Shown: piece after piece, positions 35,916 through 48,659 of the stretch
Numbering within the stretch: position 1 is the stretch's first letter
How the letters are laid out: each line of letters starts with the position of its first letter
Source: Antechinus flavipes
Taxonomy: Eukaryota
NCBI RefSeq assembly: GCF_016432865.1
Contig: NC_067404.1
Location: 85,808,001 to 85,872,000, forward strand
Length of the DNA: 64,000 nucleotides
Direction of reading: 5' to 3'
Notes under the pieces: model-generated
What the model was told of the DNA's origin: nothing
The model's input: only the letters and a program-made list of their open reading frames with translations
The model's database searches: none
Position numbers and translations under genes: made by a program

Positions 35916-36199
35916 AAAAATAACTATATAACAGAGACAGAGCCTTCACTAATGACTAGCAGAAACTTTTATACCCTGTTTAGGGTCCAAGAAAACCTTA
36001 TCCTTTTGAATAGGAGAATGAAGGGAGAAGCAGCTAGGTGAAATTAGAAAAGATCTGAGTTCACATATGGATTAAGACATTTTCTAGTTGCTTAGCTCTT
36101 GGCAAATCACCTCAGTCTGCCTAATTTTCCTTAACTTTAAAATAATGATTATAATAGTGTTGTTGTTATGCAGTTATTTTCAGTTGTGTCTGACTGAAT

Positions 36200-36975
36200 A
36201 ATAATGTCCTGGACCAAAGGGGAACCTACAACTCTGTCACTGAGTTAAGAGCTTGTCAGCTGGCTAGCGGGGGCTTAGGCCAACAGCATCTACTGTTGCT
36301 TAGACCCAAACCTAGGCCAGGAATTTTCGGAGTTCAGATTGCAGTGGGGACCGCAATTAACTTTGCCCTGCATCAGATCCCTTAGGGAGCATGGTAAGCT
36401 TACAGGTCCCCAGCCTGTTCCTGAGATCCTAGAATACAACACTCAAAATTCCAAGAAAAAAAGCAGAAGAATCAGCCTAGACTTTCCTTCCAGTAGTATG
36501 GAAGAGTCTAGCCCTCACACCAGGTCTGAAGTCAGGAAGCGAGCTGGAAGAATGAGCAAACACAAAGAGAAATCACCCATGATGAGTTATTATGGTGGCA
36601 GGGTCACTCTAGACACAAATGCAGAAGAGAATGGCACTAAAACATCTGTAATCCAAGACTCAGAGAAAAAGACAGCTTGGGCACAAACTCAGTTGGAATT
36701 CTTGGAAGAGATGAAACAAAAGTTAAAAATATTTTTATAAATAAAATGAGAACGCTTGAGAAAAAAATTGGAAAAAATGAGAGCTTTGGAAGAATGAACT
36801 GGAAAAGGGAATTTTGCTCAAGGGAAGCCTTGCCCAAGGAACAAACTTCCTGAAAATTTGATTGAACCAAATAGAAGTCAGTGACTTCATGGCACAAGAA
36901 ATATTAAAACAAAGTCAAAATAGGATGAAAATGTCAGGTACCTCAAAGCAAAACAATTTACCTGGAAAATAGATT
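36200..36975 (+). mobile_element. L1 5'UTR and N-terminal ORF1 remnant
   Basis: MSKHKEKSPMMSYYGGR...WAQTQLEFLEEMKQK resembles marsupial L1 ORF1. Confidence 0.75.
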
Positions 36976-37167
36976 GATTGTACATATGTAATGATGGGGG
37001 TTATGGGAGGTGCAGAGGCAAATTGAAAAGACAGATTTTTGGCTGAGATACACACACACACACACACACACACACGTATGTATATATGTCAACTTGGAAA
37101 TTCTGTTGGATACAATGATTAACCATAACTCCAAAGAACTGATGATGAAACTTGCTGCCCATTTCTG

Positions 37168-37830
37168 TTTTTTTTTTCTAGTAAATTTATTTATTTTTAA
37201 TACACATTACTTTATGAATCATGTTGGGAAAGAAAAATCAGAGTAAAAGGGAAAAACATGGGAGAGATTAAAAAAAAAACAGAAAAAAGAAGTGAACATA
37301 ACATGTGTTGATTTACCTTCAGTCTCTTTAGTTCTTTTTCTGGATACAAATGGCATTTTCTGTCCAAAGTATATTGGGTTGGGGCAGCTAGGTGGTGCAG
37401 TGCACCAGCCCTGAAGTCAGGAGGACCTGAGTTCAAATATGGTCTCAGACACTTAACACTTCCTAGCTGTGTGACCCTGGGGAAGTCACTTAACCCCAAT
37501 TGCCTCAGGGGAAAAAAAGACAAAGTGTATTGGGATTACTCTGAATCACTGAACCACTTAGAAAAACCAAGTCTTTCATAGTTGATCAACACATATTCTT
37601 ATTGTTGTTGGGTACAATGTATTCCTGGTTCTGCTTGTTGAGCTCAGCATCTGTTCGTGTAAATTTTTCCAAGCCTTCCTAAAATCAGCTTATTCATTAT
37701 TTTTAAGAGAACAGTATTCCATTATTTTAATATACCACAATTTGTTCAGCCATTCCCCAACTGATGGACATCTACTCATTTTCCAATTTTTTGCTACCAC
37801 CAAAAGAGCTGCTACAAACATTTTTGCAAT
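37168..37830 (-). mobile_element. Antisense L1 3' end
   Basis: Poly-T followed by aatacacattactttatgaatcatgttgggaaagaaaaatcagag and the ORF2 3' signature. Confidence 0.8.
37381..37520 (+). mobile_element. WSINE1 SINE with TSD
   Basis: ggggcagctaggtggtgcag...gtcaggaggacctgagttcaaat...ttaaccccaattgcctc with A-rich tail; flanked by caaagtatattggg / caaagtgtattggg. Confidence 0.93.
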
Positions 37831-37834
37831 GAAG

Positions 37835-39445
37835 GTTGCCTAGCTGTACCAGCTCTGGAACTGGATTATAAAGCAGCAGTCATCAAAACCATTTGGTATT
37901 GGCTAAGAAATAGAATAGTTGATCAATGGAATAGGTTAGGTTCATAGAACAAAATAGTCAATAACTATAGCAATCTAGTGTTTGACAAACCCAAAGACTC
38001 CAGCTTTGAAGATAAGAATTCACTATTTGACAAAAACTTCTGGAAAAATTGGAAACTAGTATGGCAGAAACTAGGCAGTGACCCACATCTAACATCATAA
38101 ACCAAGATAAGGTCTAAATGGGTTCATGATCTAGACATAAAGAATGATATTATAAACAAATTAGATGAACATAGGATAGTTTACCTCTCATATTTGTAGA
38201 GGAGGAAGGAATTTGTGACCAAAGAAGAACTAGACATCATTATTGATCACAAAATAGAAAATTTTGATTATATTAAGTTAAAAAGTTTTTGTACAAACAA
38301 GACTAATGCAGACAACATTAGAAGGGAAGCAATAAACTGGGAAAACATTTTTTACTTGCAAAGGTTCTGATAAAGGCCTCATTTCTAAAATATATAGAGA
38401 ATTGACTCAAATTTATGAGAATTAAAGCCATTCTCCAATCGATAAATGGTCAAATGATATGAACAGACAATTTTCAGATGAAGAAATTGAAACCATTTCT
38501 AGTCATATGAAAAAATGCTCTACATCACTACAGATCAGAGAAATGCAATTTAACAACTCTGAAGTACTACCATACACCTGTCAGATTGGCTAAGATGACA
38601 GGAAAAGATAATGATAAAGGTTGGAGGGAATGTGGGAAAACCAGGACACTGATACATTGTTGGTGGAAGTGTGAATGGATCCAACCATTCTGGAGAGCAA
38701 TTTGGAACTATGCTCAAAAAGTTATCAAACTATACATACCCTTTGTCAGCAATGTTACTACTGGGCTTATATCCCAAAGACATCTTAAAGGAGGGAAAGG
38801 GACCCACATGTGGAAAAATGTTTGGGGCAGCCTTTTTCGTGGTGGCAAGAAACTGGAAACTGAGTGGATGCCCATCAGTTGGATAATGACTGAATAAATT
38901 AGTGTATATGAATGTTGTGGAATATTATTGTTCTATAAGAAATGACCAGCAGGATGATTTCAGAGAGGCCTGGAAAGACTTATATGAACTGATGCAAAGT
39001 GAAATGAGCAGAATCAGGAGATCATTGTACTTGGTAACAAGAAGATTAAATGATGATCAGTTCTGATGGACATGGCTCTTTTCAACAACGAGATGATTTG
39101 GGCCATTTCCAATGATCTTGTGATGAAGAGAGCCATCTACACCCAGAGACTGGGAACTGAGTGTGGTTCACAACATAGCATTTTCACTCTTTTTGTTATT
39201 TGCTTGCATTTTATTTTGCTTCACTTTTTCTCTTATGTGGCATGATAATTATATAAATATATATGCATATATTGGATTTAACATATATTTCTACCATGTT
39301 TAACATATATTGGAGTACTTGCCATCTAGGGGAAGGCATGGGGGAAGGGGGGGAAATTGGGACACAGGGTTTTGCAAGGGTTAATGTTGAAGAATTGTCC
39401 ACGCATATGTTTTGAAAATAAAAAGCTTTAATTAAAAAAAAAAAT
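37835..39445 (+). mobile_element. 5'-truncated L1 (3' ORF2, 3'UTR, poly-A)
   Basis: ORF2 3' remnants ([27 protein letters not shown]...), G-rich 3'UTR, aataaaaag and an A tail at ~39420-39450. Confidence 0.9.
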
Positions 39446-39532
39446 TAAAAAATCTCTGTCCTCAGGGAATTTAAATTCTACTTGGGGAGTAAGAGGAATA
39501 AATAAACAAATACAAAATATATACAAAGTAAA

Positions 39533-39780
39533 AGAGGCAGCAAGGTACTACAGTGGATAGAGCATCTGAAGATAGATCCTCTGTGTTCCAATCCTGCCTC
39601 AGACGTTTATCAGATGTGTGGTTCTGTGCAAGTCATTTAATCCTATCTCAGCTTCACTCTAAAGTGGAGAAAATAACAGCACTTATCCTGTAGGGCTGCT
39701 ATGACAATCAACAGAGATAGCAAATGTTGAATTCTTTGCAAACCCTGAAATGTTATAGAAATGCTATTATTATTATTAAA
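39533..39780 (+). mobile_element. MIR-like SINE
   Basis: tRNA-like head gaggcagc...cagtggatagagc, core gcaagtcatttaa and tail ctttgcaaaccctgaaatgttatagaaatgctattattatt. Confidence 0.75.
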
Positions 39781-39994
39781 TAAAAAAAGGCTCATCCAAT
39801 TCAGTTTCATCTTCTCCAGTGCCTTGAACATAGTAGGTGCTTAACAAGTGCTTATTATTTATAAATTATATAATTTATATTTTATATTATTATCATGTTA
39901 CATTTTATATTATTATTTATACATTTATATAAATGTGTTTATATATTCTTATTATGTTATGTATTATTTATAAATTAAATTATAATTTAACATT

Positions 39995-42580
39995 TACAGA
40001 TCTCATCCCCCCCAAAAAACCCATTTTTGCAATGTACATATGTCCTTTTCCCTCCTTTAAGATTTCCATTGGATACAGACCCAGTAATGACACTGCTGGG
40101 TCAAAGGGTATGCACAGTTTTATAGCCCTTTGGGCATAGTTTAAGATTGCTCTAGAGAATGGCTGGATCATCTCACAACTCCACCAACAATGCATCCCTC
40201 TCCCCACATTTATCATTATCTTTTCCTGTCATCTTAGCCAATCTAAAAGGTGTGAGGTGGTACCTCAGAGTTGTTGTAATTTGCATTTCTCTAATCAATA
40301 GTGACTCAGAGCATTTTTTTTCCTCATATAACTATAGATGGTTTTAATTTCCTCATCTGAAAATTGTCTGTTCATACCTTTTGACTATTTATCAGTTGGA
40401 GAATGACTTGTATTCTTATAAATTTGACACAGTTCTTTATATATTTTAGAAATGAGATCTTTATCAGAAACACTGGCTGTACTTCCCTTTTAATCTTGTT
40501 TCTTTTGGTTTTGTTTATGCAAAACCTTTTAAATTTAATATCATCAAAGTTGTCCATTTTGCCTTTCATAATGTTCTCTATTTCTTCTTTGGTCATAAAT
40601 TCCTCTCTTCTCCAAAGAGCTGAGAGGTAAATGATTCCTTGCTCTCCTAATTTGTTTATGGTATCATCCCTAATGCCCAAATCATGTACCTATTTTTTTT
40701 ATTATAGATTTTTATTTACAAGTTATATGCACGGGCAATTTTACAACACTGACAGTTGCCAAACCTTCTGTTCCAATTTTTCTCCTCCTTCCCCCCATCC
40801 CCTCCCTCCGATGGCAGGTTGACCAATACATATTAAGTATGTTAAAGTATAAATTAAATACAATATAAGCATACATGTCTTAACAGTTATTTTGCTGTAC
40901 AAAAAGAATCGGGACTTTGAAATAGTGTACTAGTAGCCTGTGAAGGAGATCAGAAATGCAGGTGGGCAAAAATAGAGGGATTGGGAATTCTATGTAGTGG
41001 TTCATAGCCATCTCCCAGAGTTCTTTCGTTGGGTGTAGTTGGTTCAATTCATTACTGCTCTATTGGAGCTGATTTGGTTCATCTCATTGCTGAAGATGGC
41101 CAGGTCTATCAGAATGGATCATCATATAATATTGTTGTTGAAGTATATAATGATCTCCTGGTCCTGCTCATTTCACTCAGTATCAGTTCATGTAAGCCTC
41201 TCCAGGCCTCTCTGAAATCCTCCTGCTGGTCATTTCTCACCGAACAATAATATTCCATAATATTCATATACCACAATTTATTCAGTCATTCTCCACTTGA
41301 TTCTCAATTTCTAATTTCTGGCCAGTACAAAGAGGACTGCCACAAACATTCTTGCACATACAGGTCCCTTTCCCTTCTTTAAGATCTCTTTGGGGTATAG
41401 CCCAGTAGAAACACTGCTGGGTCAAAGGGTATACACAGTTTGATAACTTTTTGAGCATAGTTCCAAATTGCTCTCCAGAATGGTTAGATGCATTCATCAT
41501 GTACCTATTTTGACCTTATTTTGGTATGGGATGTGAGATGTAGGTCTATGCTGAGTTTCTGATATATTATTTTCAGTTTTCCCAGAATTTTTTTTGTCAA
41601 ATAGAGAGTTCTTATTCCAGAAACTGGAGATTGGGGGTTTAGATCATTATAAGTCTTGATTATTGTGTTGTATGTATCTAATCTATTTCATCAATCCATC
41701 ACTCTATTTCTTAGCCAGTACTAAATGGTTTTGAAGACTGCTGCTTTATAATATAGTTTTAGGTCTGGTACTACTAAGCCACCATCTTTTGTATTTTTTC
41801 CCTTAATTTCTTTGATAACCTTGACTTTTTGTTCTTCCGGATGAATTTTGTGATTATTTTTCCTAGTTCTATGAAATAATTTTTAATTGATATGGCACTG
41901 AAAAAGTAGACCAATATAGGCAGAATTGTCCTTTTTATTTTATTAGCTTGGCCTATCCATGAGCATTTGACATTTTCCCACTTGTTTATTTCTGACTTTA
42001 TTGGTGAGAGAAGTGTTTTGCAAATGTGTTCATAGAATTCCTGGGTTTGTCTTGGCAGGTAGACCCCCCCGCCCCCAACAGTAATTTTAAATGAAATTTC
42101 TTTCTATCTCTTGTTGATGGGCTTTGTCAGTAATGTATAGAAATGCTGATGATTTGTGTGGGTTTGTTTTAAATTCTGCAACTTTGCTAAAGCTGTGAAT
42201 TGTTTCCAGTAGGTTTTTGGATGATTTTCTAGGATTCTCTAAATATATCATCTGCAAAGAGTGATAGTTTTATCTCCTCTTTGCTTATTCTAATTCCTTT
42301 CCTTTCTTTTTCTGTTCTTATTGCTAAAGCCAGCATTTCTAGTACAATGTTGAATAATAGTGGTGATAATGGGCATCCTTGTTTCACCCCTGATCTTATT
42401 GGGAATGCATCCAGCTTTTCTCCATTACAGATAATGCTTGCTGTTGGTTTTAGACAGATACTGTTTATTATTTTAAGGAAAGCTCCCTTTATCCCTATGC
42501 TCTCTTATGTTTTTAATAGGAATGGGTGTTGTATTTTGTCAAAAGTATTTTCTGCATCTATTAAGATTTTCATATAATTT
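39995..42580 (-). mobile_element. Decayed antisense L1 ORF2 segment hosting a nested L1
   Basis: Continuous antisense L1 ORF2 text (RT region at ~42200-42570). Confidence 0.85.
40697..41495 (-). mobile_element. Nested 5'-truncated L1 with 16-bp TSD
   Basis: atcatgtacctatttt at 40681-40696 and 41496-41511 brackets a T-tail plus antisense L1 3' end. Confidence 0.9.
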
Positions 42581-43099
42581 CTGTTGGTTTTTGCTGCCCA
42601 TTTCCTGACCAAGCGCTAAAGAACTCAAAATTGAGTCCAGTAGATTGAGAGAGATATTTTTAGTTTTGGCCAGTGAGAACCTTTGTTTTATTTAACTATA
42701 CATGTTTATAGCAGGGATTTTGTTTTCTGTTTTTTCTTGTTTTCTCAAGGGGGCTGCAGGTGAGAGGAAAGTGGGAGAGAAGGCTAATTTTTGTTCAGAA
42801 ATAAAAAAAAATTAATTTGACCAAAAAAAAGAAAAAGAAAAAGAAAAAAAAAGGCAGGGGAATGTGTTCTCCTTCTCTCTCCTCCCGCCTTCTTTTCTCC
42901 TCCTCCTGTTCTAGTCTTTCCTGTTCTGGCTTCCTTTCCTCTCTTTTCATCCCATCTCCCCTACTTCTGTTTTCTTCACCTCATAATTATCCTAGTCGTC
43001 CATGTTTCATTTGTCTCTGGAGTTTCCTTGCATTGTTCCCTCAGCATGACAATAGTTGGATAAGTGACTATTGAGTGGACTATGAGAACTACCATCACC

Positions 43100-43636
43100 A
43101 TGGCAGCCCAAGTTCAGTCCAAACTCATTTTAGGAGGTGATAGGGGGACTGACAAAACTACCTTCACCAAGCACCACTTGACTGGGGAGTTTGAGAAGTA
43201 TGTTTATGGTTATCCTGGATGTGGAGGTCAAGTTCAGTGTATGGAATTCCAAGAGAAGTTCTGAGACTTCCCCAAAGATTGCTACCTCCAAGTCTACTGT
43301 GCCATTATCACATTTGGGCTTGCTTCTAAAGTGACCTAAAAGAGCATCCCAAACCGGGACAGAAATCCAATCCAAGCATGCAACAACATCCCAGTGGGTT
43401 GTGTGGTAACAAAGTGGACACCAATGACAGTATGGTCAAGGCCAAGGCTGTTGTCTTCCACCAGAAGATCTCTAATACTATGACATCTTGGTCAGGAGAA
43501 GTTACTCCTCCTCTGGTTTGTCAGGAAACTTATTGGAAACTCAGATTTGTAATCTTTGGTGAAACAGACTTTTGCCCCACCAGAGATCGTCAAGGACCCA
43601 GCCTTGGCTGCACAGAAGGAGCATGATTTAAAGGTT
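43100..43636 (+). pseudogene. RAN: Processed pseudogene of the GTPase RAN, degraded by indels and substitutions
   Basis: Intronless collinear remnants [35 protein letters not shown] (cf. [32 protein letters not shown]), QEKF, LCGNKVD...VKAKAVVFHQK, and a C-terminal gcatgatttaaaggtt (EHDLEV). Confidence 0.92.
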
Positions 43637-45799
43637 TCTGTTTCTGTTGGCAGCAACTTATGGGCCTCTCTTCATTTTTAGCATTTTGGTGACAACTTTT
43701 CTTTTACATGCCATCTCCAGATCACTCAAACAACTGATAAAGGAAGCTAGAGTCCAGGGCCAGGAGCCAATTTTGCCAGGTGCCTGTTCTGGAATGGTAC
43801 TTTATTATTTAGTGGGGGGGGGCATACATATACTTGACTATTAAGATGCTGAAGGAGATAAATGGCCTTCAAAGCCCATGTGGTGGTTCCAAAGCTTGCC
43901 ATACACATCTGTGCCAGTTTCTGGGAAGGTTCAAGGATAGGATTGCCATTTTCTCTCCCTCCCCACATCAGTCCCATTTCTTTTTTGAACACACTTTAAT
44001 AAAGTTGCATTTCGAAAGGTGAAGAAACTAGAAAGTTTACTGCAGACATCTTTCAGTTTTCTGTTTTCTAAACTTTGTTAGTTGTGCTTAGTGAGTCTGT
44101 GGATCAACTCAATCCAGAACCCAGGAGGCTTTTCTAATAAGGTTTTTCAAACGCCTAACTTCAATGGCCTCAATTACAAAGAAAGTGCTAGATTTGACAT
44201 TAGGCTTACCGATTTACCGTGTGCTCTGCTCTTAGATAATTGCTCCAAATGGATAAGGGTTGGGGCATGCAACGTGTCTCCTGGTGTGGGTGACTGCGGA
44301 CACACATGCATTTGCACATGTGCATCAGACCCTTGCAGGCAGTACAGGTCAACAAAGTCACTTCTCTCACTAGGGTGAAGTCCTGTTGCTTTACAGAAGG
44401 TGACTTGGGGAAGAAGCAATCAACTGAAGAGAAGTCCAGGGCCAACTTACCCCATTTCCTGCTATGCCTATTGGCTCCGATGGCTGCCTTGTTTGGCCAT
44501 GGGAAGCAGGTTGGAAGGAAGGTTTGAGGTGATTAAGGAAATGAGCTGCACACTCACCTTGAGTTCTCTGGCAGCTCTAACTGGGCTGCAGGCCAAACAT
44601 CCTTCCTGTAGTCCAGTGTAAACCACAGAGGAAGCAGATTTCAACTCACGTGATTGATTAAGGAGTCCCAATGGCCAGAACCAGATATGGGCAGTGATGG
44701 GGGAATTAAATGTAAGCCTTCAGATGAAGAACCTCTGAACCCAGATCCTCTGATTTTAGCCCCATCTTCTTTCTACTGCCCTCGTCTGGCTGCTATAAAA
44801 CTTGGCCAGGCAGAACCGAGGAACCCTGAGTCGATCCACAGAGGGAGAGGAATGCCAGAAAAAAAGAGGATCCTCCATGTTTTCTCTGCCCCTGCCCTTC
44901 CCTCTCCCCAGCTGGAAAGCTTCTAAGACATCATTTAGGCCAAGCTCTCCCATTTCAGCACAACTGAGGAAACCAAAGAAGACCAGAGAAGAAGAAGGTA
45001 TTGAGATGGTTTTCAAATGATCTCACACAAGTTCCCGAGGGATTTTCAAGACTGCCCCTTCTTGCTACAGCAGACCTGAGGAAGATACTAAAGCGAGTAC
45101 ACCGAGGCAAAGGAGCTCAGGATCGTAATGTCAGAGTTGGAAAATCACTAAGAGATTACCCAGTCCAAGCTCTTCTGAGCCAGCGGAACACCAGAAGGAA
45201 CCAACTTACAGAAAGGAAAGTCCACAAGGAATCAAGACTGATTGATATGGGCTTGAACAAGATGCCCAAGTAAGAACTACTGTATCACACAGCCAAGGAA
45301 CTCTTTTGTTGGCTAGAATTAAAGAAGACTGAGGTTATGTGTTGCATTGTCTATATTTATGCCAGACAAGGCCCCAAGTCCCCAGAGTCTTTTGGACCCT
45401 TGGCTCAAGTTTCCCTTGGCATGGAGATCTGGAGATGGAGTATCAGATGAAGAACAAAGAGGCCATTTTGGCTGGATTGCCAAATGAAGGGAAGGAGTGA
45501 TAGCCAAGGAGAATGGAAAGGTAGATTACAGAAAGTCGGGTCTTCAGACTGGTTCTAAATGAATTGCACAGTAGGTGCCTGCACCTAATAGGTCCAGGTA
45601 GGATGAACAAGAACAGAGGATATGATTACTCATCAAGTTTTGACCAGGAATGGGATGGAAGAATTTGTGGAAATCTTGGAAATGACTAGGCAAGTCTTCT
45701 CAACAGAGCTCAAGGTCATTCAAACCCTGAAGACCAAGGTTCACTAGGAGAGTATATTCTGGGCCTAAAGAGAGTTAGATCTGAACAGGACAGGGCCCA

Positions 45800-47560
45800 T
45801 TCTTTGATTTCACATGTCAGCAAGATTATACTTTATATTCTACAAGCTACAGGCCTCATCAATATGTGAACCAAGAATTACCAGAAGAACAGGCTAGTTT
45901 TCAAAGAGGCAAAGGAACTAGAGACCAAATTGCCAATATTTGCTGAATTATGGAGAAAACAAAGGGAGTTCTGGAAAACTGGGAAAAAAAACAATTGGTT
46001 TAAGATTGGGAAAGTATATTGTCACTTTATTAATTTAACTTTTGCACAGAGAACATCACCTGGATGAATCAAAAACCAAAATTAAAGTTGTCAGGAGAAA
46101 CAGTCTCATTTATGCAGATGAGACCAATCTGATGGCAGAAAGTGAAGAATTAATAAGTCTCTTGATGAGGAAAGAAGAGATTTATAAAGATTAGCTTGAA
46201 GTTTAACAGCAAAAGCCAAACCCAAACCCTCAAACCCCCAAAATCATGAAAACTGATTCCATCACTTCCTGGCAAACAGAGGAAGAAGAAAAGGAAAGAA
46301 GTGTCCGATTTTATATTTTTGGGTTCAAAGGTCACTGCACTCAGCAGTTTGCAGTCATGAAGTTAAGATGCTGCTCCTTGGGAGGAAAACTGACAAATCT
46401 GTGCAGCAGATTAAAAAGTAGAGTCGTCACTTAGCTGACAAAAGTCAATACAGTCAAAACAATGGTTTTTCCAGCAGCGATGTAGATATGTGAGAGTTGG
46501 ATTTTAAGGAAAGCTGAGGGCTGCAGAGTCGGTGTTCCGAACTGTGGTGCTGGAGAAGACTTTTGAGAGTCCTTTGAGCAGCTAGGAGGTCAAATCAGTC
46601 AGTACTTAGAGAAATGAATTCAGGCTGAAAGGAATTCACTGAAGGTTAAATACCGAAGCTGAAGTTTAGATACTGTGAGAGGTGATTCATTTTTAATCAC
46701 CTTGATAGAATCATATCAAAGTTCTGTCTATAAGATCCCAGAGCTGTGATCTGCAATTTCTAAGTTTACTTGCTTGGTCATAAGAAGTTAATTACAGGCC
46801 TCCCACTCTTTTTTGTCCTTGTCATGGTGGCCAAGCCCAGTGTGGCAGATATGACAACTACATGGAAAGGCCCATCCCCCAATATTTTTGTTCCTCTGGA
46901 CAAAGTGGCTTATCCACTTGTCCAGTAGGAGCAGATAACCATCTTGTGACTACTTAGGTGACTGACTGTGATAGTTTGCTCCATTTCTTCCTGCTTGACC
47001 TAAGGAGAAGCCCGTTCATCTTGTTTGGAGCTATTTCTTGCTTCACCCAACTTGTGACCTTACTGACATATTATTTTGCTTATTTTAGCTTATATGTCAC
47101 ATGTCAATCAGTGGCATTATTCTGTATTTGGTCTAAGTATTCTGGAATGACTGCACATCTAACCTTATAAAAATAGGGCCCTGGAAGGAGGAGGCAGCTC
47201 AGATAGAGAGGAAAATCTGAGGTCTACTTCATTAGAGATGATCATGGACCTTTTAATAAAGGGCCATTGACCCAGAGCTCTGCCTCAGTCTCTCTTATGG
47301 TAGATGGGTAATTTTAATCCCCACAATCCTTTGGCCACATATCGAAAAGGTGGGACTCATTGGGAAAGACTGATGTTGGGAAAGAGTGAAGGCCAAAGGA
47401 GAAGGATATGGCAGTGGTTGAGGTGGAGAGAGAGCGTCATGGAAGCAGCAAACACGAGCTCGAACAGACTTCAGGAGATAGCAACTGATGTGCCCAAAGG
47501 GCCTGGTGTGCTGTGATCTATGATGGTCCATGGACATGACCGAGCAATAACAGCAGCGTT
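45800..47560 (+). mobile_element. BovB-like RTE LINE fragment, interrupted by a solo LTR
   Basis: Matches BovB-type text: ggaactagagaccaaattgccaatat, atggtttttccagcag...gtgagagttgg...aaagctgag...actgtggtgctggagaagac, ctttggccac...ctcattgggaaagactgatgttgggaaag, and a 3' end gacatgaccgagcaataacagcagc. Confidence 0.85.
46674..47325 (+). mobile_element. Solo LTR with degenerate 4-bp TSD (ATAC/ATCC)
   Basis: TGTGAG...CCCCACA termini, ccttataaaa TATA at ~47165 and AATAAA at ~47255. BovB text gaagtttagatac|...|atcctttggccac rejoins across it. Confidence 0.85.
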
Positions 47561-48659
47561 CCTTGAGCCCACTGGTGTGCTACATGAGTTCAGTATTTTG
47601 ATGGAATAATGGAATCTTTTAGTACAGAAATATTTGTTTCAAAAGGAATAACCATAAATATGCAAACTCACTTGCTTAAAAGGTAGGACCTTGGTCTCTA
47701 GGGGGGAGAAGAGGATTAGGGTCCAGTTCCTATGAAGCACACTCCTGGTTCCAAATCCCAAACCGCTCTTGAACAAAAGCCACAGCACCCTGGCTTCTCG
47801 GGATTTTCACTCTTGGCTGGCTGGCTGGCTATGGCACCCCACCTGCAATCTTGCCTCCAAGGCTGCCATGATCACCCCAGACACCTAAAACAGAGGTCAA
47901 GGGATGCAGAATAGAAGCAAACAGCCCCATGCCCATTTCCTGGGGGTCCGTGTTTCCCCTGTCACCAGGTCAGTTCATGGCATTTACTCTGGGCACAATA
48001 GGTAGGAGTGGCCAGAAGGAGCTCAGGGAAAAAGAAGATGGCAGAAAAGAGAGGAAACCATTCAGCCTTACCACTTATACACAGGCAGCTAATCAAAGGA
48101 GGCTACTCCCACCCATGTGGTGGGGGATGCATGGCCCACAGACACACTGCTGTCTTAGAGGTCTGAGGCTCATGTCCAAGTGGAATTGCTCCCAGTGACC
48201 ATTTTTCAGCTGGAGAAGCAGGGACTTCATTCAGGTCTTTAGAAGAGAGCTTTGGTCGAGGACCTTGATTTGGGCATATGTCACAAGTCCAAGTGGAACC
48301 TCCCTTCCTACTGTGCCCTGTTGGAAGGCCAATGCCAGAACACAAGGATGGGCACCATGAGAAGTAGTTGTAGACACCTGTAATTCAATACCCAATAAGG
48401 TCCTCAGTAAAGAATTCCCTTTGATTAGAGTTGGTGCCCCCACCCCTGGGCCTCCAGATGAGGCTGAAGAAAAACCTTCCTTGGACATATGACCTGGGTT
48501 TGGCCACCTAAGCACATGGATAAGTTTTGTTTTATTATCAAGGTCCTCCTTTGATGTGTAGAAAATAATAAATAGAGAATCTCTAGAAAGTAGTTTGAGA
48601 GGGAGAGCATCACCTAGCAGTTTGAGGGCAAGTGTCAGGAAAGTCTGTTCGGGTAGAAA

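Noticed and set aside
37381-37460. tRNA-like A/B boxes here and at 35702, 39533 and 52150-52233
   Set aside because: These are tRNA-derived SINE heads, not tRNA genes.
43064-43626. Functional RAN gene
   Set aside because: Intronless, with frameshifts, deletions and an altered P-loop (GDRGTDKT).
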